Shown here: positions 1 through 9,685 of the stretch, one piece after another
Layout of the letters: each line of letters begins with the position of its first letter
How positions within the stretch are numbered: the stretch's first letter is position 1
NCBI GenBank assembly: GCA_964445525.1
Contig: CAYULA010000002.1
Location: 34,576 to 98,575 of the forward strand
DNA: 64,000 bases
Origin: an uncultured Thermoplasmatales archaeon
GTDB lineage: Archaea > Thermoplasmatota > Penumbrarchaeia > Penumbrarchaeales > Penumbrarchaeaceae
Reading direction: 5' to 3'
The notes under the pieces: model-generated
Database searches by the model: none
Told to the model about the DNA's origin: nothing
What the model saw: the letters and a program-made list of their open reading frames with translations, nothing else
Translations under genes and position numbers: made by a program

Positions 1-213
1 TGCAATCATCTCAACGGATCTTTTCTCGGAGGGGCTGTTCACCGGAAACCCGGCCTCCAAAACATCGACACCGACCTCTTCCAGGGCCCTTGCTATGATC
101 ATCTTGCTGTCGGGAGAAAGCTGAATACCCGGTGCCTGCTCCCCGTCCCGGAGCGTCGTGTCGAAGATACCTACCTTACGAGAGAATTTACTCCCCCCCT
201 GACGCAAATGCAT
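1..213 (-). CDS. Partial gene running off the window start: N-terminus of a DRE-TIM metallolyase of the 2-isopropylmalate / citramalate / homocitrate synthase family
   Basis: The reverse strand translates from ATG at 213 as [71 protein letters not shown]. This contains the [10 protein letters not shown] motif and the ...LGVDxIEAGFP... signature of LeuA/CimA/AksA/NifV-type synthases. Not in the ORF table because it is truncated by the window edge. Confidence 0.6.
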   Translation of the reverse strand, partial: MHLRQGGSKFSRKVGIFDTTLRDGEQAPGIQLSPDSKMIIARALEEVGVDVLEAGFPVNSPSEKRSVEMIA

Positions 214-384
214 CCCTGGGATGTCTGTACAATTTATTATTACTATGCCAATATAAACGGAAAGGGGGGGTAGTCGAAAGTGAAATTACGGCAGAACTCC
301 CCGCCACGGGATTGATTGCTTAACCTCTCGATATTCTTATCGAAGCCCTTATCTACCTTCTCATTATCATGAGCCGAAGAACTG

Positions 385-1083
385 TTGTTTTCAAGGGGAC
401 GGATGATGCTCAAGGAATACCCTCTCGAGGATACACTGCTCAACGGATTCGAATTCCCTGTTGCGGTGGTCGTGGAAGTGACAAAACAGGGTATTGTACT
501 TTCCAAGATGAGATACCTCAAGGCTGTAGGAGACATCATCAACCAGACAATAAGATGTCCCATGATAACGGTTTACGCCCACATGGGAACCTTCAGGGAT
601 CCTCATCTTGCCTCGGACATGATCAGCCCCATGGGAGTGGACCTCATTTACCATTTCCAGATAGACAAACAATATTTCAACGAGACCATAGAGACCATCA
701 AGAGGGGGAGGGCCACTCTGAACTTCCACAATCCTCAGACCAGGGATATGGCAAGAGGCCTGATGGAGAAGATAATGAAAAAGGACAAGATCAACTTCAG
801 GAGGTTGTCGGCCCAGGAGCAGGGCCTGATCCTTGAACCCTATGTATTCTATCTCTTCCAGAGGATAGGTGAAGGCAAGAGGAACGTCTTACAAAACGTA
901 GAGCTCCTGGAAAGAGAGGGTATTCTCAAGTGCGAGATCGGAAACGACACACTCCGCTACAGACCGGCACCGGCTCCCACAATGGAGCTGGATATTCTGA
1001 TGTTCACCGATCTGAAGTATCTGCCATCAATTTTGAGAGGTCTTGAGTCTCACGGGTTCAAGCACGAGATACAGAGAGGATGA
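385..1083 (+). CDS. Hypothetical protein (232 aa). An alternative start at the MMLKEY... methionines (~403) is possible.
   Basis: Long ORF with ordinary amino-acid composition. I recognise no family. The competing ORF 369..836 in another frame is low-complexity and looks spurious. Confidence 0.4.
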   Translation: MFSRGRMMLKEYPLEDTLLNGFEFPVAVVVEVTKQGIVLSKMRYLKAVGDIINQTIRCPMITVYAHMGTFRDPHLASDMISPMGVDLIYHFQIDKQYFNETIETIKRGRATLNFHNPQTRDMARGLMEKIMKKDKINFRRLSAQEQGLILEPYVFYLFQRIGEGKRNVLQNVELLEREGILKCEIGNDTLRYRPAPAPTMELDILMFTDLKYLPSILRGLESHGFKHEIQRG

Positions 1084-1086
1084 CCC

Positions 1087-1332
1087 TCATATTATTCTGA
1101 CATCCTTGGCTCCCATCTCCCTTAGAGATGGAACGAGATTGTCGACTATGAAATCCATGTCGTCGGGAGAAGGACCTCTGGATGAAAGGTCGGCCACGAC
1201 GTTCATTTCCCTCAATCCCTTGAAACCCACCACCGCGTCAAGCTCCTCCTCGATCTGGGTAAGGGGATTTCCGCCTTTTCCCTTTCCAAAGAGTATATGA
1301 ACGGTGTCCCCTGACTGAGAAATGGTGAACAT
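1087..1332 (-). CDS. Small hypothetical protein (81 aa)
   Basis: Protein-like composition (MFTISQSGDTVHILFGKGKGGNPLTQIEE...). Sits between two real genes. No family recognised. Confidence 0.3.
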   Translation of the reverse strand: MFTISQSGDTVHILFGKGKGGNPLTQIEEELDAVVGFKGLREMNVVADLSSRGPSPDDMDFIVDNLVPSLREMGAKDVRII

Positions 1333-1397
1333 AAAAGAACATTAATTTGACCTTATAAAAAATGTAATGTATATATTGCCTAGATATTACCGTTTTT

Positions 1398-3863
1398 TCA
1401 GGCATTTCGATCAGGAGATATGTATATGTATGTGGATTTCCCGCTCTTTTTCACCACTATCTGTCCCTTCTCCTTGAGTGCCTTGATATTGTAGTTCACG
1501 GTGGAGTTTGACACCGAAAGTTCTTCTGATATCTCCTTCTGTGACAGGCCGGGTTTTACCTGTATGAGTTCGACAATTTTTTTCTGTATGGGGGATAGAC
1601 TTACCCTGTCCTCATCTATGTGGTATCCGGCCGGATAGAACCTTCTGTACAATCCGTCCCTCTGGCTCCTTATCAGGTTCTCCTTCTCGAGGGTGTAGAG
1701 GTGGTGGGCCAGGGTGCCGTTTGTAAGGTTCAGATTGACCAGTATTGCCCTGAAATGCTCTCCCGGATTGTTCTGGACATAGACGTATATCCTCTTTCTC
1801 AACCTGTTGGAGAGTAGATGCTCGGGTTTCAGTTTGCTGTATAGAGGGAAGAGACTGGCAAATAGCGGATATCTCACATATTCCGTGTTTATGAAAAGTA
1901 AAAGGGATGTCAGAACGATCGCTCCGCCACCGGCTGCCACCACAGCCGTGCTTGTCTCTATCTTTCCGCCCTCTCCCTCACCATCGGGATCGCCCGATCC
2001 CGATTTCACAGGGATCACGTTGATAGGTTCGGTCATGTCATTATCATCGTTGTCCGTCTCCTCGGACCCCTCGGGAGGCACAAGTATCGCCCTGATCTTC
2101 TGGGTTGAAGGCCTGGCGGACCAGTTGAATAATATTGTCATCTCCTCCCCCGAATTCAGCGAGACGGGTTTGGAGGAGACCTTGTTGTTGGAAAGTGAAT
2201 AGGATATCTCGTACAGTTCAAGGGTGAGCCCGCTCATGTCCAGATTTGAAGGGTTGTTTACGGTAACATTCACCTGTATGTTCTCCCCTTCGTCTATGGG
2301 TCTGTTCGGAAGAACAATTGAGGTAACCGCCACGTTGGGGAGCTCTATCATGGTAACCGGAACCACGAATTCGGTGGCAAGGACCCATTCCTTCTTGTCC
2401 TCCAGCGGGACCCTGATATCCACCTTGAAGGAGAATTCTAAGGGGACGTTTACGCTTTTGGGATACAGTATTATCTTGATATTGTTGAAATTGGAAGGGG
2501 CGAGATTGAAGGAATGATGATTGATATCGGATATGAAGCACGACGGTAGCTCTTCTAGGTCCAGTATGACCTGGGTTGATGATTCGCCGTCGTTGTGAAC
2601 CCTGAAATTGACGATTATGTCCGATCCCATTTTTGCCTCGCTCACCTCCAGATTGGAATACGAGATATTGGAATCGGAATTAACCACCACGGTCATCTTG
2701 CCTTCCACAACGTTTGCGTTGTCAGATTTTCCGTCAAGAATGATATCGAAGATCCCTGACCTGTTTCCGGGGGAGGCAACGTGCACGGTAACGGTCCTTG
2801 TCTCCCCCACTTCAAGGGTGTAGGATCCCCCTATGTCGAAAGTATAGTCCCAATCCATCTGCTGGAACGGACCTGAAAGAACCTTCAATTCCGGTTCGAA
2901 AGTGGAGGGTTTCACCCCGTTATGCATAAGATCGAACTGCAGGTGCATCTGCTCCCCGCTTCTGGATTCCACCATGGAATTGACGGGCTGGATGGATAGC
3001 GTTGAAGGATTTATGACCTTGAAATTGAAATCTATCCTGTCTGCACCCTTCCCCACTCCAAATAAGGAATACATCTCCGAAGCGGACCTGACAGATATTG
3101 TCTGGATATCCCCAACCTTGGCGGTTTCGGGAACACCGATCAGAAGCTTTGTAATGTATATGGTTCCGGACTGGAGATTCACCGTCTGGGACTGGTCCTC
3201 GTACTGGAATCTCGCCTCCCAGGATGATTGATGTTCCCCGATGGTGATCGTAATGTCATCTACCAGATCTCCCGGATTCCTCAAAAGGACCTCCATGTAG
3301 GTCCTCTGTCCGGGATAGACCTTGATCTCGACCTCCTTGCCCGAATCGGGATAGACAAGCAACTCGTGATCGACCTCCGCTTCCAGCCGAACCACAGCAA
3401 TTATGAATGCCCTGTCCCCGGTGAGATTTGCTATACCGTCGATCCGGATCTGGTATTCGCCCTCGGGATCCATCATGATGTTCTTGGGGATGGCTACATC
3501 CAGCAATATGGAGCTCCTCCCTTTTCCGGGGACCTGCACCGAACCGGTGACATAGACGTTCCAACCCTCCGGGGAAAGTAGTTCCATGATAACCGTTTGA
3601 TCCAGTTCATGGTCATTATTTACCCATATACTGTATTCCAGTTCGTCGCCCGGCGAAGCTGTCTTAACCGGATATCCGGCATCGGTAACATCGTCTCCCT
3701 CGTCGGCCTCCATGGTGATGGTTCCTTCGTTGATTTCCGCTCCGGAAACCGGATCCGCAATGATCATTGCCAGAAAGAACAGAGCCATAACTGAAAGGGC
3801 CAGTATGGAGGTCGCCTTACCGTTCATGTTATTCCAATCCTCCGTAAGACTATTTAAGCCCAT
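1398..3863 (-). CDS. Large single-pass membrane protein: extracytoplasmic multi-domain region, one TM helix, and a cytoplasmic C-terminal winged-helix (MarR/ArsR-like) DNA-binding domain. The real start is probably the internal Met at 3827 (MNGKATSILALSV..., signal/anchor-like).
   Basis: N-terminal hydrophobic signal. About 600 aa of Ig-like repeat-type sequence. A TM segment AVVAAGGGAIVLTSLLLFI. A C-terminal tail with a clear HTH (...IQKKIVELIQVKPGLSQKEISEELSVSNSTVNYNIKALKEKGQIVVKK...). Confidence 0.55.
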   Translation of the reverse strand: MGLNSLTEDWNNMNGKATSILALSVMALFFLAMIIADPVSGAEINEGTITMEADEGDDVTDAGYPVKTASPGDELEYSIWVNNDHELDQTVIMELLSPEGWNVYVTGSVQVPGKGRSSILLDVAIPKNIMMDPEGEYQIRIDGIANLTGDRAFIIAVVRLEAEVDHELLVYPDSGKEVEIKVYPGQRTYMEVLLRNPGDLVDDITITIGEHQSSWEARFQYEDQSQTVNLQSGTIYITKLLIGVPETAKVGDIQTISVRSASEMYSLFGVGKGADRIDFNFKVINPSTLSIQPVNSMVESRSGEQMHLQFDLMHNGVKPSTFEPELKVLSGPFQQMDWDYTFDIGGSYTLEVGETRTVTVHVASPGNRSGIFDIILDGKSDNANVVEGKMTVVVNSDSNISYSNLEVSEAKMGSDIIVNFRVHNDGESSTQVILDLEELPSCFISDINHHSFNLAPSNFNNIKIILYPKSVNVPLEFSFKVDIRVPLEDKKEWVLATEFVVPVTMIELPNVAVTSIVLPNRPIDEGENIQVNVTVNNPSNLDMSGLTLELYEISYSLSNNKVSSKPVSLNSGEEMTILFNWSARPSTQKIRAILVPPEGSEETDNDDNDMTEPINVIPVKSGSGDPDGEGEGGKIETSTAVVAAGGGAIVLTSLLLFINTEYVRYPLFASLFPLYSKLKPEHLLSNRLRKRIYVYVQNNPGEHFRAILVNLNLTNGTLAHHLYTLEKENLIRSQRDGLYRRFYPAGYHIDEDRVSLSPIQKKIVELIQVKPGLSQKEISEELSVSNSTVNYNIKALKEKGQIVVKKSGKSTYIYISPDRNA

Positions 3864-4020
3864 TAGTACAGGGATTGGATTGATTATTCTTATTGGTTTG
3901 CAAATTTATACTTTCTTGATCCGATTATTTTGTCCGTTTGTAAGAGCGCCGGAAAGGAAAATAATATAGTATTAAATCTCATCGGGAACCATCGACCCAG
4001 CTGGTCCAAGAGGTGTTCTC

Positions 4021-4461
4021 ATGTTTGAGGGTAAGGAGAGAATGGGCATGTTCTCCAGAACTATCGGAACGCGAATCAATTTGGTCCTCGGGATCATTGC
4101 CCTTATGATAATAATCGGGTCGCTCTCAGCACTGGTGTACAACGCCGCCAACACGAAATCAACAGATATCCTCACCGTGAACGGAAAGGAATATGATTGG
4201 GGGGCACTGGAAAGCGATTTCGACACAATGGAATCGGAGGGACACAGCGGAATACCCGTTGTTGATCTCCTGGAGGACGCCGGGATCGATGACCCGGAGG
4301 GCAGATCCTTCAGATTCACAGGGGCTGACGGCTACGAGAAGGAGGTCCCCTTCTCCGACATGGACAACGGAATGATCGATACAGATGAGAAGAAGGTCAT
4401 ATTTCCCGGACTTGCCAAGGCGTTCTGGGTGAGGGACCTCGTTGAGATAGAGGTGGTATGA
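4021..4461 (+). CDS. Membrane-anchored/secreted protein carrying one copy of a ~75-aa acidic repeat domain
   Basis: N-terminal hydrophobic anchor (LVLGIIALMIIIGSLSALV). Then a domain ending ...FPGLAKAFWVRDLVEIEVV, which recurs twice in the next ORF. The genes are only 1 nt apart, so this is the first gene of a + strand operon. Confidence 0.5.
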   Translation: MFEGKERMGMFSRTIGTRINLVLGIIALMIIIGSLSALVYNAANTKSTDILTVNGKEYDWGALESDFDTMESEGHSGIPVVDLLEDAGIDDPEGRSFRFTGADGYEKEVPFSDMDNGMIDTDEKKVIFPGLAKAFWVRDLVEIEVV

Positions 4462-4462
4462 G

Positions 4463-5188
4463 ATGAAAAGGAAAGCGGTTATGCCTTTAATCGGGATGGG
4501 CCTGATCCTACTCTCTGTAATCGTTCTGGGATGCACCGAAGAAGAAGATGAAGAAGAAGGTGTGGCAATAACGGTTGCCGGAGAGGAGGTTTCCCTGGAT
4601 GAGGTCTTCGACGATTACCAGATGAAGACCGTTTCTAGCGGAGGCAGCACTTACGAGGGTGTCTCTCTGAGCGATGTGATAAATGAAACCGCCCTAACAG
4701 ATCCTTCCGATTTGCAGTACAAGATCACGGCAAGCGACGGCTGGAATCAGGATGTGACCTGGGCTGATATGATGACGGGAGTCCTTGTTGAGGAGGAGAC
4801 CATGACAGCCTTCCCCAATCTTCCCGGAAAATACAGGATAAGGGATGTGGTCAAGATCGAAGCCGTGGATGCCGATACCATAGAGGTCAACGGTCATCTC
4901 TTCACTTGGAAACAGCCCTTCCACATCATTGACGAGACCGTCACCATGCAGGATGCGGAAAACAACACGATCGAGGGAATATACCTCTCCGATGTGGTCA
5001 ACATCACCGGTCTGACAGATCAGGGAACCCATGGTTATGACCTCCAGGCGGGTGACGGATACAACCAGACGGTGACCTGGGAGGACATGACGAAGGGACT
5101 TCTCGTGGAAGAGGAGAAAAAATGCTTCTTCCCGCATCTTTCCAAAAAATACCACGTTTCCGATATAATCAAGATAGAGGTGATATGA
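4463..5188 (+). CDS. Putative lipoprotein with two copies of the same ~75-aa repeat domain
   Basis: Signal peptide plus a lipobox-like VLGC followed by an acidic linker (TEEEDEEEG). Two repeats end ...FPNLPGKYRIRDVVKIEAV and ...FPHLSKKYHVSDIIKIEVI. The stop overlaps the next start (ATGA). Confidence 0.5.
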   Translation: MKRKAVMPLIGMGLILLSVIVLGCTEEEDEEEGVAITVAGEEVSLDEVFDDYQMKTVSSGGSTYEGVSLSDVINETALTDPSDLQYKITASDGWNQDVTWADMMTGVLVEEETMTAFPNLPGKYRIRDVVKIEAVDADTIEVNGHLFTWKQPFHIIDETVTMQDAENNTIEGIYLSDVVNITGLTDQGTHGYDLQAGDGYNQTVTWEDMTKGLLVEEEKKCFFPHLSKKYHVSDIIKIEVI

Positions 5189-5871
5189 AAATGTTAGAGA
5201 AGAGATCTGCCACGGAATACGGGATGATCGCAGCCGGGATAATCCTCCTTGGATCCATCTGGGGTCTGCTGGAATGCACCATCGGAGGTATGAAATGGGA
5301 GGTGGCCGGTCTCTACGTTTCCATGGGTGCTGTCATGGCGGGTCTTTTTGGACTTGCATTCATGATACTGGCCAGGAGAATATTCGATTTCCCGGGTGCC
5401 GCACTCTCGGTGGCTCTGGTCGCATCCCTATTGAGGTTCATCGCACCGGTTGGTTCATGCGTCATCTGTTCCGCCATAGCCATAGGTGTCGAAGGCCTCG
5501 TCTTCGAGATGATAGTAAGCAGGAAGGTGTTCCTGGGTAACCTCCGGGGAAGCAAGGATTTCAGGACCCTGGCCTTTCTCGGGGTCATCAGCGGATTCAC
5601 CGTTTTCACGGTGGGTTACATAACCACCCAGGTCCTAACGCCCGTCTTTACCGGGGGGACCCTTGTTGTAATGGATGTGGTTGACATCCTTCCGTTGATA
5701 GTGGGAAGGGCCTTTTATGCGGCGGTTCTGGGAGGAATATCCGTTCCGGTCATTGCTCTTTACGACAACCTCCATCTGGATGTTAGCAAATGGAACAAGG
5801 GTGCCTATTTCGCGGGTTCAACTGCCATAAGCGCTGTTTGCTGGATACTGGTGATATTCATTCTGTTCTGA
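5185..5871 (+). CDS. Polytopic integral membrane protein (~6 TM), function unknown. Possibly a transporter S-component-like protein.
   Basis: Start MKMLEK... overlaps the upstream stop. The sequence is hydrophobic throughout, and the gene is translationally coupled into the operon that continues into the ferredoxin and AOR genes. Confidence 0.45.
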   Translation: MKMLEKRSATEYGMIAAGIILLGSIWGLLECTIGGMKWEVAGLYVSMGAVMAGLFGLAFMILARRIFDFPGAALSVALVASLLRFIAPVGSCVICSAIAIGVEGLVFEMIVSRKVFLGNLRGSKDFRTLAFLGVISGFTVFTVGYITTQVLTPVFTGGTLVVMDVVDILPLIVGRAFYAAVLGGISVPVIALYDNLHLDVSKWNKGAYFAGSTAISAVCWILVIFILF

Positions 5872-5872
5872 G

Positions 5873-6331
5873 GTGTTGCAGATGACAGATACTGTAAAAA
5901 TAATAAAATTTCATCCGGATAAATGCAAGGGACACAGGGAATGCGAGAAGGCCTGTTCCCGGATCCATTTCAAATCCGACGAAGGTGGGGACAAGTCGGC
6001 CATCCACATAATCAAGACCGAGTCTGGTTACAAGATGGTCAACTGCAACCAGAACGGATTGTGTATGGATGTATGCCCGGTTCAGGCAATAAAAAGGCTT
6101 CCCAGCGGAGTGGTTACCGTCGATAAGAAGACCTGCATAGGATGCATGACATGTGTGGCATTCTGTCCCATGGACGGTATGAGAAGAGCCGAGGGCATGG
6201 TTGTTCCCCACAAATGCATCTCCTGCGGTGCATGCGTCAGGGCCTGTCCCGAGGGAGCTCTCGAACTGGTCGAGGTCAATATCAAGGACATAGAACAGAG
6301 GGTATACATTCATCAGGGGGTGTGCGAGTGA
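5873..6331 (+). CDS. Poly-[4Fe-4S] ferredoxin
   Basis: Two canonical CxxCxxCxxxCP motifs (CIGCMTCVAFCP, CISCGACVRACP) plus two more Cys clusters (CKGHRECEKAC, CNQNGLCMDVCP). Lies immediately upstream of AOR with a GTGA overlap. Confidence 0.8.
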   Translation: MLQMTDTVKIIKFHPDKCKGHRECEKACSRIHFKSDEGGDKSAIHIIKTESGYKMVNCNQNGLCMDVCPVQAIKRLPSGVVTVDKKTCIGCMTCVAFCPMDGMRRAEGMVVPHKCISCGACVRACPEGALELVEVNIKDIEQRVYIHQGVCE

Positions 6332-8682
6332 GCGGTAAATGCCTGAATCATGCAAGTACAGCGAGGACCATAGGAAGGGGAAACGGCCCCTTCGTTACCA
6401 ACAACACCGAGATAGAGGTGGATGTTGAAGGACTGAGGTCCGGCCACAAGGTCCTTGCAGAATACAAATACGACAAAAAACCAATCGAAAGGGGATATGC
6501 CGGCCGCCTTCTCCATGTCAACCTCACCGATCTAGAGTTCAGGGAGATACCCCTTGAAGAGGATGTCAAGGAGAAATTCACCGGAGGAAAAGGATTCGGC
6601 CTCAAGATGATGTGGGATCATATGGGACCGGATACCAGATGGAACGATCCGGAAAACATCCTGGCTCTGAACAGCGGCCCGATGAACGGAACCACCCAGT
6701 ATTCGGGAATGGGGAAAGCACTCTCCACAACCGTATCTCCCTCTACAGACATCATTTGCGATTCCAATGCGGGAGGATATTTCGCCCCCTACCTGAAATT
6801 CTGCGGATTCGATTCAATCTCCATTCAGGGAAAAGCGAAAGAGGATGTGGTCATTTTCATCGATGGGGTGGAAGGCAAGATCACCATCGAGACAGCACCC
6901 CACGAGGAGACCAACTCCCACATCCTTGCAGAGCAGTTGACCCGTATGTACGCAAAGGAGGATACCGAATCCTCCAGGCAGAAAGTGTCGGTGGTATCGG
7001 CGGGAAAAGGATCGGAGAACTCTTACTGGGGAATACTGAACATCTCGTTCTACGACCCGAGGAGGAAGGTCCCCAGGATAAAACAGCACGGCAGGGGCGG
7101 TCTCGGGACGGTACTGAGGGACAAGAAGGTCAAAGCCCTGGTATCCAGGATCGAGGGTTTCGGAGGAATGACCAATAATCCGGTTGATGTGGACAGGATC
7201 TCCAAGACCGGAATAAAGCATCACAGGGAGATCAGGGACCTCGACATGTACGAGAACAACATGAGAACCGTTGGAACCGGAAATCTCGTGGAGATCATGG
7301 ATGCCTACGATCTGCTTCCAACTGAGAATTACCGATTCGGAGGTTTCCCAAAAGCATCCAGGATATTTTCGACAAAATTCTATCACTATTTCACCCAGGG
7401 AATACCGGATGGATGCTGGTACGGATGCAACATCGCCTGTTCCAAGGCCGTTGACGGCTTTCTCCTGAAAACCGGCCCCTACAAGGGCAAGAGAGTGACC
7501 GTGGACGGTCCAGAATACGAGACCATAGCCGGCGGTTCCAACATGTCCATGTGGGATCCGGAGTGGATACTGGAGTTCAACTTCTACTGCGATACCTACG
7601 GCCTGGATACGATCTCCGCGGCCACCTCCATTGCATTCTACATGGAGATGTACGAATACGGAATACTGTCCAAGGAAAGATGCGACGGTCTGGAACTGTG
7701 CTTCGGCAATGCCCACGCCGTACTTGAGTTCCTTCACCGGATCGCATCCGGTGACAACAGCGAGTTCATCCAGGTGGCTTCCAAGGGCACCAGGAGAATG
7801 AAGGACTGGCTCAAGGAGAAAAAATGGGGAGTTCCGGACCTCATAGAGCATGCCGGAATGGAGATCAAGGGTTTGGAGTACTCCGAATATGTTTCAAAGG
7901 AATCCCTTGCGCAGCAGGGAGGCTTCGCACTTGCCACCAAAGGACCCCAGCATGACGAGGCCTGGCTTATCTTCATGGACATGGTCAACAATCAGATACC
8001 GACCTTCAAGGACAAGGCCGAGGCCCTTCACTATTTCCCCGTATGGAGGACCTGGTTCGGCCTTGTGGGCCTCTGCAAACTGCCCTGGAACGATATCGTT
8101 CCCGCAGACAACGCGGAAAAGGACGAACCCGCCAAGATTCCCGAACACGTTCAGAACTATGCGGATATCATGAGCGGAGTGACAGGCAAGGCAATAGGTC
8201 CCGATGATCTCATCGACCAGTCGGAAAGGGTCTACAACTGGCAGAGGGCCATGAGCGTCTGGATGGGAAAGGGAAGGAGGATACACGATATGCCTCCCTA
8301 CAGGTCCATGGGTCCTGTCACCGAGATGGAATACCTTTCCCGGGAGGAACGATACGACGGGCAGCTGAAAGACATCGTTGGCCTGGATGAGGAGACAATC
8401 GAGAAGATGTCCGTTCAGGACAAGATAGGTGTCCTCAGGGAATACAGATACGGTCAATATGAAAAGCTGGTGGATTCGGTCTATTACAGGAGGGGATGGA
8501 CACCCAACGGAGTACCGACTCCCGAGAAGATGAAGGAGCTGGGATTCTCCGACGAGAAGGAGATGCTGGACATTCTCCAGAAGGCCATAGACGATGATGA
8601 CGCAAACGGCCTCAACGTCTGGGGTGGGAAATATTCCGAAGGTGAGGATAAACCTTCAGATGACCAGAGATACTGGGAGTAG
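6328..8682 (+). CDS. aor: Aldehyde:ferredoxin oxidoreductase family (tungsten/pyranopterin enzyme), long variant (~784 aa) with a C-terminal extension
   Basis: The AOR N-terminal domain motifs GYAGRLLHVNLTD...KFTGGKGFG are present. The catalytic-domain motifs GLDTISAA and LVGLCKLPW (AOR DxxGxC(K/R)-type) are present. The likely start is GTG 6328, overlapping the ferredoxin stop. The ORF table extends it upstream to 6142. Confidence 0.75.
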   Translation: MSGKCLNHASTARTIGRGNGPFVTNNTEIEVDVEGLRSGHKVLAEYKYDKKPIERGYAGRLLHVNLTDLEFREIPLEEDVKEKFTGGKGFGLKMMWDHMGPDTRWNDPENILALNSGPMNGTTQYSGMGKALSTTVSPSTDIICDSNAGGYFAPYLKFCGFDSISIQGKAKEDVVIFIDGVEGKITIETAPHEETNSHILAEQLTRMYAKEDTESSRQKVSVVSAGKGSENSYWGILNISFYDPRRKVPRIKQHGRGGLGTVLRDKKVKALVSRIEGFGGMTNNPVDVDRISKTGIKHHREIRDLDMYENNMRTVGTGNLVEIMDAYDLLPTENYRFGGFPKASRIFSTKFYHYFTQGIPDGCWYGCNIACSKAVDGFLLKTGPYKGKRVTVDGPEYETIAGGSNMSMWDPEWILEFNFYCDTYGLDTISAATSIAFYMEMYEYGILSKERCDGLELCFGNAHAVLEFLHRIASGDNSEFIQVASKGTRRMKDWLKEKKWGVPDLIEHAGMEIKGLEYSEYVSKESLAQQGGFALATKGPQHDEAWLIFMDMVNNQIPTFKDKAEALHYFPVWRTWFGLVGLCKLPWNDIVPADNAEKDEPAKIPEHVQNYADIMSGVTGKAIGPDDLIDQSERVYNWQRAMSVWMGKGRRIHDMPPYRSMGPVTEMEYLSREERYDGQLKDIVGLDEETIEKMSVQDKIGVLREYRYGQYEKLVDSVYYRRGWTPNGVPTPEKMKELGFSDEKEMLDILQKAIDDDDANGLNVWGGKYSEGEDKPSDDQRYWE

Positions 8683-8687
8683 AGACG

Positions 8688-9302
8688 GTGAAACACCGGA
8701 CACTAACCGGGCCCCATGATAAAAACAGGGTGGCTGAGAGACTCCGGGATTCCTATGTAGGCATAGCCGGCGCCGGAGGCCTCGGATCCAATGTGGCAAT
8801 GTCTCTGGCCAGGGCGGGAGTCGGCCGTCTGCTCATAGCGGATTTCGACAGGGTCGAGGAATCCAATCTCAACAGGCAGTATTTCTTTCTGGATCAGGTG
8901 GGCATGTACAAGGTGGATGCACTCAAGAAGAATATTCAAAAAGCGGTCAGGGACTGCAAGGTTGAGGTCCTGAACAGGAAGCTCGAAAGAGGATCAATGG
9001 CAGCTCCTTTTTCTGAAGTCGATGTGATCGTGGAAGCCCTGGATTCGGCCTCGGTCAAGGTTGCTTTCATAGAGGAGGTCCTGACCGAATTTCCCGAAAA
9101 GCACCTCGTGGCCGCATCTGGAGTGGCAGGAATAGGCGGTTCGAACAGGATAGTTCAGAAGGACCTTGGAAATCTCATATTGGTTGAGGACCCTCAGGCG
9201 CTTTCAAGTGATGTGGAAGTTCTGCTTTCCCCCAAGGTGGGTCAATTCGCGCATCATCAGGCAAACATAGTCCTCCAGCTTCTCCTGGAGGGTGATAGAT
9301 GA
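8688..9302 (+). CDS. ThiF/MoeB/HesA-family E1-like adenylyltransferase
   Basis: Glycine-rich nucleotide-binding motif GIAGAGGLGSNVAMSLARAGVGRLLIADFDRVEESNLNRQ. Confidence 0.65.
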   Translation: MKHRTLTGPHDKNRVAERLRDSYVGIAGAGGLGSNVAMSLARAGVGRLLIADFDRVEESNLNRQYFFLDQVGMYKVDALKKNIQKAVRDCKVEVLNRKLERGSMAAPFSEVDVIVEALDSASVKVAFIEEVLTEFPEKHLVAASGVAGIGGSNRIVQKDLGNLILVEDPQALSSDVEVLLSPKVGQFAHHQANIVLQLLLEGDR

Positions 9303-9499
9303 CAATTACGGTCAACAGGAGGCCGGTGGAATTCGTGGAGGGCGAGACCGTAAAGGACCTCATCAAGAGAATGAGATATACATTCCCTCTACTTGTGGTC
9401 AAGGTTGACGGTAAGCTTGTTCCCGGAAAGCAACAGAAGGATTTCTTGATAGAGGACGGTTCCAGTATCGATATCATTCACCTTACCAGCGGAGGGTAG
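9299..9499 (+). CDS. MoaD/ThiS-like small sulfur-carrier protein
   Basis: 66 aa with a beta-grasp-like sequence ending in the diglycine ...HLTSGG. Translationally coupled to the E1-like gene upstream. Confidence 0.6.
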   Translation: MTITVNRRPVEFVEGETVKDLIKRMRYTFPLLVVKVDGKLVPGKQQKDFLIEDGSSIDIIHLTSGG

Positions 9500-9502
9500 A
9501 GC

Positions 9503-9685
9503 ATGGTTATTACAGATGAAAGAGCAAGAGAGAGGTTTACAGAGATCGCCGTTGAAGGCAGGATTTCCTGTGCAAAGTGTTTCGAGATAGCAGACGAATT
9601 TCATCTGGATAGGAGAGAGATCGCCGAAACATTGACGCAGATGGGCATAAAGATCGTACACTGCCAGCTGGGTTGTTTTCCCTGA
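9503..9685 (+). CDS. Small (60 aa) Cys-containing protein of unknown function (CAKC ... CQLGC)
   Basis: Embedded in the cofactor-biosynthesis operon. The four Cys residues suggest a small metal-binding or zinc-ribbon protein. Confidence 0.35.
   Translation: MVITDERARERFTEIAVEGRISCAKCFEIADEFHLDRREIAETLTQMGIKIVHCQLGCFP

Noticed and set aside
369-836. 155-aa ORF overlapping 385..1083 in another frame
   Set aside because: Its composition is low-complexity (Gly/Arg/His/Pro/Gln-rich) and it lies entirely within the more protein-like 232-aa ORF. Called spurious.
3972-4319. 115-aa - strand ORF overlapping the start of the 4021..4461 gene
   Set aside because: The + strand gene fits a tightly spaced operon and has a clear membrane anchor plus repeat domain. 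The - strand ORF has no features.
6814-7851. 345-aa antisense ORF inside the AOR gene; also 6612..7178 in an alternate frame
   Set aside because: The + strand frame has strong AOR-family motifs along its whole length. The antisense and alternate-frame ORFs are Gly/Arg/Pro-rich artefacts of the GC-rich codon positions.
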